The translations under genes were made by a program, and so were the position numbers. Under the pieces are notes generated by a model. The model made no database searches. It saw only the letters and a program-made list of their open reading frames with translations, and was not told the origin of the DNA. This document shows positions 1 through 8,049 of a DNA stretch of 20,000 nt, piece by piece (position 1 is the stretch's first letter; each line of letters starts with the position of its first letter). Source of the DNA: Candidatus Aminicenantales bacterium (GTDB taxonomy: Bacteria > Acidobacteriota > Aminicenantia > Aminicenantales > UBA4085); contig JBEKTZ010000001.1 of assembly GCA_049515535.1 (NCBI GenBank), positions 60,599-80,598 of the forward strand. Direction: 5' to 3'.

Positions 1-27
1 GATGATTTCCTGAGAAAGGAGCATGCC

Positions 28-1497
28 ATGTCGATTTATCTTATCGTCATCCTCGCCTATCTCCTCGTGCTCACGGCCTTCAACTTCTTGCGGGCCAAGA
101 AGATCAAAAGCCAGGACGATTACCAGGTCGCGGGTCGCAGCCTGAAATGGCAAGTCATGGTCTTCACCCTGATCTGCACATGGATCGGTTCGGGCACCTT
201 TATCAGCGGAGCCGAGTTCGCCTCGAAGGCCGGCTTCTCCGCGCTCTGGCTCTCCGCGGGCGCCTGGGTCGGCATCATTCTCATTTACTTCCTCGCCGCC
301 AAGATCCACACCTTCGGACAATATACGGTCGGCGATGTCCTGGAAGTCCGTTACGGCCCCGCCGCCCGGCTCTTCGGGGCCGTTGCTTTGATCCTGTCTT
401 TCATCTCCATCGTTTCTTATCAGTTCGTCGCCGGAGGGTTTATCTTGAACGTCATCACGGACGGCAAGATCTCCGAGTCGACGGGGACGATCATCGCCGC
501 CGCTTTCGTCATTCTCTTCACGACCCTCGGAGGCATGGTCGCCATCGCCTACACGGACCTGCCCAACGGCATCATTATCGTCCTGGCCTGCTTATTGGCC
601 GTTCCTTTCGTCGTCACGGCCGTGGGCGGGCTTCCGGCGGCCAAAGCCGCCCTGGATCCCGGCTACTTCGCCATCGTCAATACCCAGTTCGGAGCCCACC
701 CATGGCTGAAGGCGATCGGCTATTTCCTCTCGACCATGTTTTTGCTTTTGGGCGTTCAGAGCATGTACCAGAAGTTCTACAGCGCCAAGTCGGCCAAGGA
801 CGCCAAGAAGGCCGTCGCCTGGTGGACGATCGGAACGATCTTCGTGGAAACCATCGTCGTGGTCATCGCCGTCTTCGCCTTCAGCAAGCTCAAGGGACAG
901 ATCGACCTGAGCGTGCCTAAGGCGGGCGGGAAGATCGTCCTGATGGCCGCCAAGCAGCTCGTGCCCGTACCGGTCGGCGTCCTGCTCCTGGGCGCGGCGT
1001 GCGCCGTCGTCATTTCGACCGGCATGAACTACCTCCTCTCGCCTTCGACGACGCTCATGCGCGACATTTACCAGCGATTCATGAAAAAGGGCGCCGACCA
1101 GAAGAACATGGTCACCCTGCAAAAGATCTTCGTCATCGTCATCGGTTTGTTGGCCTTTCTGCTGGCGACGCAATTGAAGAGCGTTCTCGAGATGAGTTTC
1201 TTCGCCTATACGATCTACGGCGTGTCCATCACTCCGGCCCTCCTCGCCGCCCTGGCTTGGAAGCGGGCCACGAAAGCCGGCGGCCTGGCCTCGATCATCT
1301 CCGGGATGGTCGTTTGCGTCGTCTTTATTGTCTTGTCCAAAGTCCTGCCCGCGGGCCAGGTGCCCGACGGCGATCCATGGGGCATCCCTCTCATCTATCC
1401 GGCCCTGATCGCTTCGCTCGGCGCGCTCATCATCGTCAGCCTGTCGACAAAAAAACCGCGGCCGGAAGAGCTGGAGAAGTTTTTCCCGAAGAAGTGA
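28..1497 (+). CDS. Sodium:solute symporter (SSS/PutP-like) family membrane transporter
   Basis: 489 aa, about 13 hydrophobic segments. SSS-type motifs DYQVAGRSL, TWIGSGT, LEVRYG, LGGMVAIAYTD, RDIYQR, WKRATKAG. SD-like AAAGGAG upstream. Confidence 0.9.
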   Translation: MSIYLIVILAYLLVLTAFNFLRAKKIKSQDDYQVAGRSLKWQVMVFTLICTWIGSGTFISGAEFASKAGFSALWLSAGAWVGIILIYFLAAKIHTFGQYTVGDVLEVRYGPAARLFGAVALILSFISIVSYQFVAGGFILNVITDGKISESTGTIIAAAFVILFTTLGGMVAIAYTDLPNGIIIVLACLLAVPFVVTAVGGLPAAKAALDPGYFAIVNTQFGAHPWLKAIGYFLSTMFLLLGVQSMYQKFYSAKSAKDAKKAVAWWTIGTIFVETIVVVIAVFAFSKLKGQIDLSVPKAGGKIVLMAAKQLVPVPVGVLLLGAACAVVISTGMNYLLSPSTTLMRDIYQRFMKKGADQKNMVTLQKIFVIVIGLLAFLLATQLKSVLEMSFFAYTIYGVSITPALLAALAWKRATKAGGLASIISGMVVCVVFIVLSKVLPAGQVPDGDPWGIPLIYPALIASLGALIIVSLSTKKPRPEELEKFFPKK

Positions 1498-1516
1498 GGA
1501 AAAGGGGGAAAAAGAT

Positions 1517-2557
1517 ATGATCACGGGCATCGTCATAGACCCGCGCTATCTAGACCACAACAGGGGCGCCGGGCATATCGAAGGCCCCGAGCGCCTCGAA
1601 GCCGTTTATGAGATGATCGCCGCGGGCCTCCCCTTCCCGTATGAGCATATCGAACCACGCGCCGCTTCACGCGAAGAGATCGAATACGTTCACGCTCACG
1701 AATATGTCGACTTCCTCTCGCTGACGGCGGGACGCCCATACGTTTCGCTCGATCCCGACACATCCATGACCGCCCGATCCTTCGATTGCTCCCTGCTCGC
1801 CGCCGGCGGGGCGATGAAAGCCGCGGACATGATCATGGAAGGCCGGATCCGCAATGGGTTCGCTCTGGTCCGGCCGCCGGGCCATCATGCGGAAACCAAC
1901 CACGCCCAAGGATTCTGCATCTTCAACAATATCGCCATCGTCGCCGAGCATCTCCTCCGGAATCACGGCCTCCGGCGGATCCTGATCGCCGACTGGGACG
2001 TTCACCACGGGAACGGGACCCAGAATTCGTTTTTTCTTCGCCGGGACGTCCTGTTTTTTTCCACGCACCGGTATCCGTTCTATCCGGGAAGCGGCTATTG
2101 GCCCGAGATCGGCGCCGGTGAGGGAGAAGGGTTCACGGTCAATGTGCCGTTGACCGCGGGCAAGGGCGACGAAGACTACGTATTCATTTACAGAAACGTC
2201 CTCGAACCGATCGCCGCGGCCTACCAGCCGGATTTTATCCTGGTCTCGGCCGGTTTCGACATCGATCGCGACGACCCGCTGGGCGGCATGAACGTCACGA
2301 GCGCAGGATTCGGGGCCTTGGCGGCCGAGCTTCTGATCATGGCGGAGAAATCATGCCGGGGAAGGATCCTCTTCGTTCTCGAAGGAGGCTACGGCCTCGA
2401 AGGCCTGGCGGAAGGAGTGAAGCAGGTCCTGCTTCGGCTTTCCGGGACCGGAACTCCCCTATCCGTCAAAGCCCTTATTTCCGAAGCCGTCCGAAATGAG
2501 ATCGCTCCGGTTTTCGAAATCCACCGGAAATACTGGCCGCTCAAAATGCCCTCTTAA
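1517..2557 (+). CDS. Zn-dependent histone deacetylase-family amidohydrolase (class II HDAH/acetylpolyamine amidohydrolase-like)
   Basis: Motifs RPPGHHA, GFCIFNN, DWDVHHGNGTQ, SAGFD...DPLGG and LEGGY are all present. Starts 19 nt after the symporter stop, with a purine-rich SD. Confidence 0.93.
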   Translation: MITGIVIDPRYLDHNRGAGHIEGPERLEAVYEMIAAGLPFPYEHIEPRAASREEIEYVHAHEYVDFLSLTAGRPYVSLDPDTSMTARSFDCSLLAAGGAMKAADMIMEGRIRNGFALVRPPGHHAETNHAQGFCIFNNIAIVAEHLLRNHGLRRILIADWDVHHGNGTQNSFFLRRDVLFFSTHRYPFYPGSGYWPEIGAGEGEGFTVNVPLTAGKGDEDYVFIYRNVLEPIAAAYQPDFILVSAGFDIDRDDPLGGMNVTSAGFGALAAELLIMAEKSCRGRILFVLEGGYGLEGLAEGVKQVLLRLSGTGTPLSVKALISEAVRNEIAPVFEIHRKYWPLKMPS

Positions 2558-2620
2558 TCCTGCTTCGGCGCCATTTTTCAGACAAGCGTCCTCTTTCGAG
2601 GACACAAATCAGGGAAAAAA

Positions 2621-2651
2621 TTGGAAAATCAGGCAGCGGATTTGGTATAAT
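2621..2651 (+). promoter_or_regulatory. Candidate sigma70-type promoter (extended -10) for the FecR-like gene
   Basis: TG-g-TATAAT at 2643-2651 (consensus extended -10). Weak -35 TTGGAA at 2621-2626. AT-rich intergenic context. Confidence 0.6.
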
Positions 2652-2685
2652 TTTTGCATAAAATAAGGGTGCAAGGAGAATGAAG

Positions 2686-4482
2686 ATGAAAAAACTCGCC
2701 GCTTTAGGTTTGGCCTTTCTCACCCTGAGCTTTTTTGCGAGCGCGCAAGAAGCGAAGGACGCTAAGCCCACATCACCCTCCTTCGCCCGTTTGAGTTATG
2801 TCGACGGCAACGCCTATATCCAAAGGGCCGCCGTTCTCGCCTATGAAGAGGGGCAAGTGAACATGCCCATCGCCGAAGGCGACCGGATCGGGACGACGGA
2901 TGGGCTGGTCGAGATCTATCTGGGAAAGAAAAATTATCTGCGTCTCGACCAGAACGCCAAAGTCGATTTCCTGAACCTTCCCAAGAACAACGCCAACCTC
3001 ATCCGCGTCCGGCAATGGGCGGGCAATCTCTATCTTGACGTCGCCACTCTGGAAAAGGAAAAGGCGATCGAAGTCCTGACCTCCGACGCGACTTTTTACA
3101 TTCTCGACAAGGGCCTTTACCGGATCGACGTCAATGAGAACAAGGAAACCGAGATCCTGGTTTTTTCGGGCATGGCCGAAGCCTCGGGAGAGAACGGTTC
3201 CATGCTGGTGAAAAAAGAACAGCGTCTGTCCGTTTCCGAAGGACGCTTCCTTTCGAACCCCTCGTCGTTCTTCGCCTCCGTGAGCGACGCGTTCGACACG
3301 TTCAACGACAACAGGGACACCAAGGTCAACCGGCAGCTCGCCCGCAGATACCTGTCGGGCGATCTCGCGGACTTCGAATACGAGCTCGATGAATACGGCG
3401 ACTGGGTCAACGACGCGGAGTTCGGGAATGTCTGGGTGCCGCGCGGCCTGGCCTCCGATTGGCGGCCCTATTACTACGGCCGTTGGTCGTGGCTGCCGAT
3501 GGCCGGCTGGTGTTGGATCCCTTACGAGCCCTGGGGATGGAGCACCTTCCATTATGGCCGCTGGCAATGGGGAATGAACATGGGCTGGTATTGGATTCCG
3601 ATGAACATGTGGAGTCCCGCCTGGGTCAACTGGTGGTGGGATAACGACTACTTTGCCTGGGCGCCGATGAGCTACTGGGGTTACCCCGGCATCATCATCG
3701 ACAACTTCTACTATGGCCGCGGATGGCGCAATTACAACGAATATCCCAACAATTCACGCGCTCTGACCGTCATCCATAGAAACCAGCTCCAAGCGCATGA
3801 CATCCACAAAGCCGCTCTCGGCCCGGACACCCTCAAATCCGTGGGCCGGCTCAGCCTCGTCAACCGGGCTTTGGACGTCAAGCCGTCCGGAGACCGGCGG
3901 ATCTCGATCGAACAGATGGACGGCGGAAAGAGAGTGATCCTGCGCAAAAGCGGCGAAGGCGGAACCGCCGTTCCCACCTCGGGCCGGACGGAAAGGACGA
4001 TCGGCAAAGACCGGGAAAACGCGGCGACAAAGACGGGCGAACAAAAAGACGCTTCGGGACAGAAAGGGACCGATCCCAAAGCGATCCCTCCAAAAGTCAT
4101 CGATCGCGATAAAAAGGGCGAAACGCCTCCTCCGGATAAGACTGTCGTCGAGCGAAAGATCCGCAAAAAGGAAGAAGGCGGCGGCCCGGCGGGCGGCGCA
4201 TCCAATTCCGGCCGGAGCATGAATTCGGGTTACCCCGCCGCCAAAGAGATCTCCCGCGAGAGCTCTTCGCAGGGGACCCGCGTTTCCCGCCAAGGCTCGG
4301 TGATGGATAAATTCTACAAATTTTTCTCGGGCGAGAGAGGATCGTCTTCCCCTCGCCTCGCTTCCCCCCCGAATCGAAGCGCCGGCTCGTTCATCTCTCC
4401 ATCCGTTCCGCGGATGATGCCCTCACCCTCTCCCTCGCGAGGATCCTCAGGCTCCCATCCGAGCGTCACCAAAAAGAAATAG
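2686..4482 (+). CDS. Exported protein: signal peptide, FecR-like beta domain, Trp/Gly/Tyr/Pro-rich domain (DUF6600-like), disordered Ser/Pro/Lys-rich tail
   Basis: Signal MKKLAALGLAFLTLSFFASA|QE. ARLSYVDG..NMPIAEGDRIGT..RLDQN..GLYRIDV is FecR-like. YGDW..GNVWVP..WRPYYYGRW..EPWGWSTFHYGRW is the aromatic-rich block. SD AAGGAG (2673-2678) spacing favours ATG 2686 over 2680. Confidence 0.75.
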   Translation: MKKLAALGLAFLTLSFFASAQEAKDAKPTSPSFARLSYVDGNAYIQRAAVLAYEEGQVNMPIAEGDRIGTTDGLVEIYLGKKNYLRLDQNAKVDFLNLPKNNANLIRVRQWAGNLYLDVATLEKEKAIEVLTSDATFYILDKGLYRIDVNENKETEILVFSGMAEASGENGSMLVKKEQRLSVSEGRFLSNPSSFFASVSDAFDTFNDNRDTKVNRQLARRYLSGDLADFEYELDEYGDWVNDAEFGNVWVPRGLASDWRPYYYGRWSWLPMAGWCWIPYEPWGWSTFHYGRWQWGMNMGWYWIPMNMWSPAWVNWWWDNDYFAWAPMSYWGYPGIIIDNFYYGRGWRNYNEYPNNSRALTVIHRNQLQAHDIHKAALGPDTLKSVGRLSLVNRALDVKPSGDRRISIEQMDGGKRVILRKSGEGGTAVPTSGRTERTIGKDRENAATKTGEQKDASGQKGTDPKAIPPKVIDRDKKGETPPPDKTVVERKIRKKEEGGGPAGGASNSGRSMNSGYPAAKEISRESSSQGTRVSRQGSVMDKFYKFFSGERGSSSPRLASPPNRSAGSFISPSVPRMMPSPSPSRGSSGSHPSVTKKK

Positions 4483-4495
4483 TAGAGTCCATAAA

Positions 4496-4556
4496 TTTCT
4501 CCCCCTCACCGTAAGGGCGGCCATGAGGTCGCCCTTGTCATTTCCACGGGGGGAAA
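4496..4556. terminator. REP-like hairpin between convergent genes, probable terminator
   Basis: AAGGGCGGCC-ATGA-GGTCGCCCTT stem (4513-4536, one G.U) preceded by GT. Flanked by an outer stem TTTCTCCCC (4496-4504)/GGGGGGAAA (4548-4556). Confidence 0.5.
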
Positions 4557-4557
4557 A

Positions 4558-4669
4558 TCAACCCATTCGACTCCCCGGGCTGAAGCCCGGGGTATGCTCA
4601 GGGTTAATACTGAGCGGCGCTTTTTACCCCGATTTAAAAATCGGGGTTTGGCGCCTTCGAACGTATCGA
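4558..4669. repeat. Multi-hairpin palindromic element (MITE/REP-like, non-autonomous)
   Basis: TTCGA (4566-4570)/TCGAA (4657-4661) closes three hairpins: CCCCGGGC-TGAA-GCCCGGGG (4573-4592), GCTCAG-N8-CTGAGC (4596-4615) and GGCGC..ACCCCGATTT-AA-AAATCGGGGT..GCGCC (4616-4655). Repeat status is inferred; only one copy is in the window. Confidence 0.55.
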
Positions 4670-4695
4670 CGCCTCCGAATTCTTCCCGAGCCCTT

Positions 4696-7143
4696 CTACC
4701 GTTCTTCTTTGGCTTTGGACGACGAGGCATAATCCAAGGTCAGGAGATGGTCTTCGAGGGAGCAAAACCGGGAGGGCTCGGTTCCGCTCAAAAAAGCTTC
4801 CATGAACCGCCATTTGCAGATGTTGTTCGCCCTCAGACCGGTTTTGAGATCGATGGCAAAAAATTCGATGTTCGCCGGAATTTCGAATTCCTCTCGAGCG
4901 ACCTCTCCGTTCGCCGCCAGGGCTTTTTTCTTTTCGTCCTCGACGGTATTCTTGAAAAATTCCGCCCAGGCCGGCAGAGCGGCGACGGCGCCGGCTTCGT
5001 TGGGCCCGAGCGTCCTGTTATCGTCGTAGCCGACCCAGACTCCGGCGCAGAGCGACGGAGAAAAACCGATGAACCAGGCGTCTGTGTATTTATCCGTCGT
5101 GCCGGTCTTTCCGGCCAGGGGTTTGTCGTTCAACAAACCCATGACCGTCGGATTGATGGAAGCCGTGCCGCGCTCCATGACGCCCTGCATGAGGTAGGTC
5201 ATGAGATAAGCCGTCTGGGGAGAAATGACCTCTTCGGTCTCGATCTTGTTTTCCTCGAGGATATTGCCTTCGCGATTCTCGATGCGGGTGATGAAATAAG
5301 GTTTGATCCGGACACCCTTGTTCGGAAACGTCGTATAGGCCGAAACCATTTCGGTCAAGCTGACTTCAAAAGTTCCCAACGCGAGAGACAGATAAGGATA
5401 GAGCGTCGACGTGATCCCGAATTTTCGGCAATAGTCCACTCCGACCTGGGGGGAAATATGCTCCAAGATCCTGGCCGTGACGACGTTCCGGGACTCTTCG
5501 ATGCCGGTGCGCAAGGTGACCATGCCCTTGTACGTCCGGTCGTAGTTCTTGGGCGACCAGATCGTCTTTTGCCATTTGTCCTCGAAATCCGTCGGCTCGT
5601 CGGCGATGCGGCTCGCGTTCGTGAAGCCGTTTTCGAGCGCCGCCGTGTAGAGCATGGGCTTGATGGCCGAGCCGGCCTGCCGGAACGTCTGCGCCGAGCG
5701 GTTGAGCTGGCTGCGCTGGAAGGAATACCCGCCGACCATCGCTTTGATCTGTCCGGTCCGGGGATCTTCCGCGAAGAACGCCCCTTCGACTTTGGGCTCT
5801 TGATCGAGCGCCGCCAGAAATTCTTTCTTGTCCTCATTTTTACTGATCACCCGGACCTGGATGACGTCGCCGGGCTTGATCAATCGATCGAGAGACTTCG
5901 TCTTGTCGCGATAGTCCGCGAACGCCCAGGCGATGTCGCCGTTCGACATCTTTCCGGAATAATTTTTCACTTTCACCCGGGCGTCTTTCTTGCTCACGGA
6001 AAGAACGATCGCATCCAGGACATCGCCGGGCTCGACCTTTGGCGTCAGCCAGGTCTTCAGCCGGTAGTCTTCGAGTTTCTGCCCTTTTTGCTGGAAGTCC
6101 TTGTCCTGGAGCAAGTTCACCTTGTCCATTCTCCAACCATGCCTTTTGTCCAGGTTTCGCAGGTTTCTGGTCAGGGCCTCCTCGGCGAAAGCCTGGGTGG
6201 CCGGGTTCATCGTCGTATAGATTTTCATGCCGCCGCGGAAAAGGGCGTCCTCGCCGTAGACATTGACGATATAGCGGCGGATTTCCTCAAAAAAATAGGC
6301 CCCGAAATCCGAATCCCGGCGGCTCTGGGGAAGGACGGACATCGGTCTTTTTTTCGCCTCTTCAGCCTGGGCGTTCGTGATGTAGCCTTCCTCGGCCATG
6401 CGGTTCAGCACATGATTGCGCCGGTCGAGAGTCAGCTTCGGAGATTTATACGGCGAGTACAGGGACGGCCCGCGGAAGATGCCCGCGATCATGGCCGCTT
6501 CCTCCAGGGTCAATTCGGCCGCGTTCTTTCCGAAGAAAAGATGCGACGCCGCTTCGACGCCGAAGGCGCCGTGGCCGAGGGAGAACTGGTTGCAATAAAT
6601 TTCAAAAATCTTCTTCTTCGAATATTTTTTCTCGATCCGGACGGCCAAAAACCCTTCGGCAAGCTTTCTCTGGATCGTCGGGAGAGGATGGAGAAAAAGC
6701 TGCCGGGCGAGTTGCTGGGTGATCGTGCTTCCCCCCTCCGGTTTCCGGCGGGTGAAGATCTTGAAAAGATTCTCGCGCATGGCCCTGAGAATGCCGCGCA
6801 TGTCGATGCCTTTATGCTTGAAGAACCGGGGGTCCTCGGTGGCCAGAATGGCGTTTTTCAGGACGTCCGGGATTTGATCGTAAGAAATGACGATGCGCTT
6901 CTCCGGGCCGATTTCCTTGATGAGGGTCCCGTCGTCGGCGTATATGGCCGTGAGGATACTGGGCTCATAATTTTCGAGAGAATCGATGCTGGGGATCGTC
7001 CTTTCGACCGCGATATAGGTCCCCAGGATCCCTCCGAAAAAGAGGGCCGTGGAAAAAAGGACAATCCAGAGAAGCGTCTTGATCAGGCGCTTTTTATCGC
7101 CTTTGAAGATCTTGATCTTCCAGAACTTTTTGGTTTTGAACAT
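4696..7143 (-). CDS. mrcA: Penicillin-binding protein 1A (bifunctional transglycosylase/transpeptidase)
   Basis: N-terminal TM anchor. GT51 motifs ATEDPRFFKHKGID, GGSTITQQLAR, RKLAE. OB-type insertion. Transpeptidase motifs SxxK (GSAIKP), SxN (SRN), KTGT. Confidence 0.93.
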   Translation of the reverse strand: MFKTKKFWKIKIFKGDKKRLIKTLLWIVLFSTALFFGGILGTYIAVERTIPSIDSLENYEPSILTAIYADDGTLIKEIGPEKRIVISYDQIPDVLKNAILATEDPRFFKHKGIDMRGILRAMRENLFKIFTRRKPEGGSTITQQLARQLFLHPLPTIQRKLAEGFLAVRIEKKYSKKKIFEIYCNQFSLGHGAFGVEAASHLFFGKNAAELTLEEAAMIAGIFRGPSLYSPYKSPKLTLDRRNHVLNRMAEEGYITNAQAEEAKKRPMSVLPQSRRDSDFGAYFFEEIRRYIVNVYGEDALFRGGMKIYTTMNPATQAFAEEALTRNLRNLDKRHGWRMDKVNLLQDKDFQQKGQKLEDYRLKTWLTPKVEPGDVLDAIVLSVSKKDARVKVKNYSGKMSNGDIAWAFADYRDKTKSLDRLIKPGDVIQVRVISKNEDKKEFLAALDQEPKVEGAFFAEDPRTGQIKAMVGGYSFQRSQLNRSAQTFRQAGSAIKPMLYTAALENGFTNASRIADEPTDFEDKWQKTIWSPKNYDRTYKGMVTLRTGIEESRNVVTARILEHISPQVGVDYCRKFGITSTLYPYLSLALGTFEVSLTEMVSAYTTFPNKGVRIKPYFITRIENREGNILEENKIETEEVISPQTAYLMTYLMQGVMERGTASINPTVMGLLNDKPLAGKTGTTDKYTDAWFIGFSPSLCAGVWVGYDDNRTLGPNEAGAVAALPAWAEFFKNTVEDEKKKALAANGEVAREEFEIPANIEFFAIDLKTGLRANNICKWRFMEAFLSGTEPSRFCSLEDHLLTLDYASSSKAKEER

Positions 7144-7151
7144 CCCCTGAA

Positions 7152-7180
7152 AATATAGCAGAACGCGAGGGAAAAGCCAA
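7152..7180 (-). promoter_or_regulatory. Candidate sigma70 promoter of PBP1A
   Basis: Minus strand reads TTGGCT-17 nt (ending TGc)-TATATT. Only 8 nt separate the -10 box from the ATG. Confidence 0.5.
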
Positions 7181-7269
7181 ATCGACGCCTGGAGGCCGGA
7201 GGGTTCCGCCTTCGATCCGCACCTCGTCCCGGCTAAAAAGAACCCCGCGAATGAACTTCCAAGCCCATT

Positions 7270-7884
7270 CTAAGACATCAAATGACGTCTTTTCAAATAG
7301 AGCAGGCTCGTTTCATAAATCCGGCACCCGATCTCCTCCCTATCCCGCCCGGCATCGATATGGATGAAACGGCGGCCTTTGAAACTCCGGAAGATTCTCC
7401 GGACCTTCCGCAGGTACTCTTCGCGCTCGAAAAGAACGTCTTTTTTCTTGCGGCCCGCGATCCTGGCCAGCCCATCCCCCGCCCTGATATCCAGGATGAA
7501 GACGACGTCCGGTCGCGGCGCGAACTTTTCGTTCAAAGCCCGGATCCTGGCCCGATCGATGCCTTTCGCGCCCTGATAGGCGATCGTCGAAAAATAGTAC
7601 CGGTCGAGGATGATGATCTTCTTCCGCCTCAAGGCCGGCCTCAAGTTTTTTTCGACATTCTCCCTTCTATCCTTCAGGAAAAGCTCCAGCTCCTGTTCGG
7701 GCGTAAGCGATCCGGCTTTTTTGGCCTTTCTCTTGAGCTCCCTGCCCCATTTTCCCCTGGAAGGCTCCCGGAAATAGACGGCTTCTACGCCTCTGGCCCG
7801 GAGCTTCCTGAGCAGGCTCTTGGCCTGCGTGGATTTGCCCGCCCCATCGATGCCTTCGATGACGATCAGCAGCCCTTTTTTCAT
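7270..7884 (-). CDS. tmk: Thymidylate kinase (dTMP kinase)
   Basis: P-loop IEGIDGAGKST, REP, DRYYFSTIAYQG, PDVVFILDI, FE motif. The start is set at ATG 7884 (MKKGLLIV, with GGGAAG SD) rather than the ORF-track start at 7971. Confidence 0.92.
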   Translation of the reverse strand: MKKGLLIVIEGIDGAGKSTQAKSLLRKLRARGVEAVYFREPSRGKWGRELKRKAKKAGSLTPEQELELFLKDRRENVEKNLRPALRRKKIIILDRYYFSTIAYQGAKGIDRARIRALNEKFAPRPDVVFILDIRAGDGLARIAGRKKKDVLFEREEYLRKVRRIFRSFKGRRFIHIDAGRDREEIGCRIYETSLLYLKRRHLMS

Positions 7885-7907
7885 CCGGATCTTCCCTGCG
7901 AAACCAG

Positions 7908-7936
7908 ATATTAGCCGGAGTTCGCCCGGAATGCAA
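7908..7936 (-). promoter_or_regulatory. Candidate sigma70 promoter of tmk
   Basis: Minus strand reads TTGCAT-17 nt-TAATAT. It lies inside the spurious N-terminal extension of the ORF track, which supports the 7884 start. Confidence 0.55.
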
Positions 7937-7957
7937 CTTTTTGGCGGCCGCCGCGGT

Positions 7958-7986
7958 TTGAAATTAGTCAACGATTATGCTATCTT
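7958..7986 (+). promoter_or_regulatory. Candidate sigma70 promoter of htrA-dapF (divergent from tmk)
   Basis: TTGAAA (7958-7963)-17 nt ending TGc-TATCTT (7981-7986). Confidence 0.6.
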
Positions 7987-8049
7987 TTATTTTTGCGTTA
8001 GCTCAAAAAAGCCGATAGCGCGACGACAGGAAAACGCGGAGGTCATCAC

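Noticed and set aside
2245..2285. HDAC motif variant SAGFDIDRDDPL (no His after GFD)
   Set aside because: The Zn-ligand Asp of DPL, the DxH ligands, the HH dyad and the catalytic Tyr are all retained, so there is no evidence of inactivation.
2588..2603. Small hairpin GTCCTC-TTTC-GAGGAC after the deacetylase gene
   Set aside because: A 6-bp stem without a U-tract is too weak to call as a terminator.
4594..7158. 854-aa + strand ORF
   Set aside because: Antisense shadow of PBP1A, expected from GC-rich codon bias. No recognisable motifs, and its start lies inside the palindromic element.
7885..7971. 29-aa N-terminal extension of Tmk in the ORF track
   Set aside because: Tmk normally begins just before the P-loop strand. 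An SD and a promoter candidate lie within the extension.
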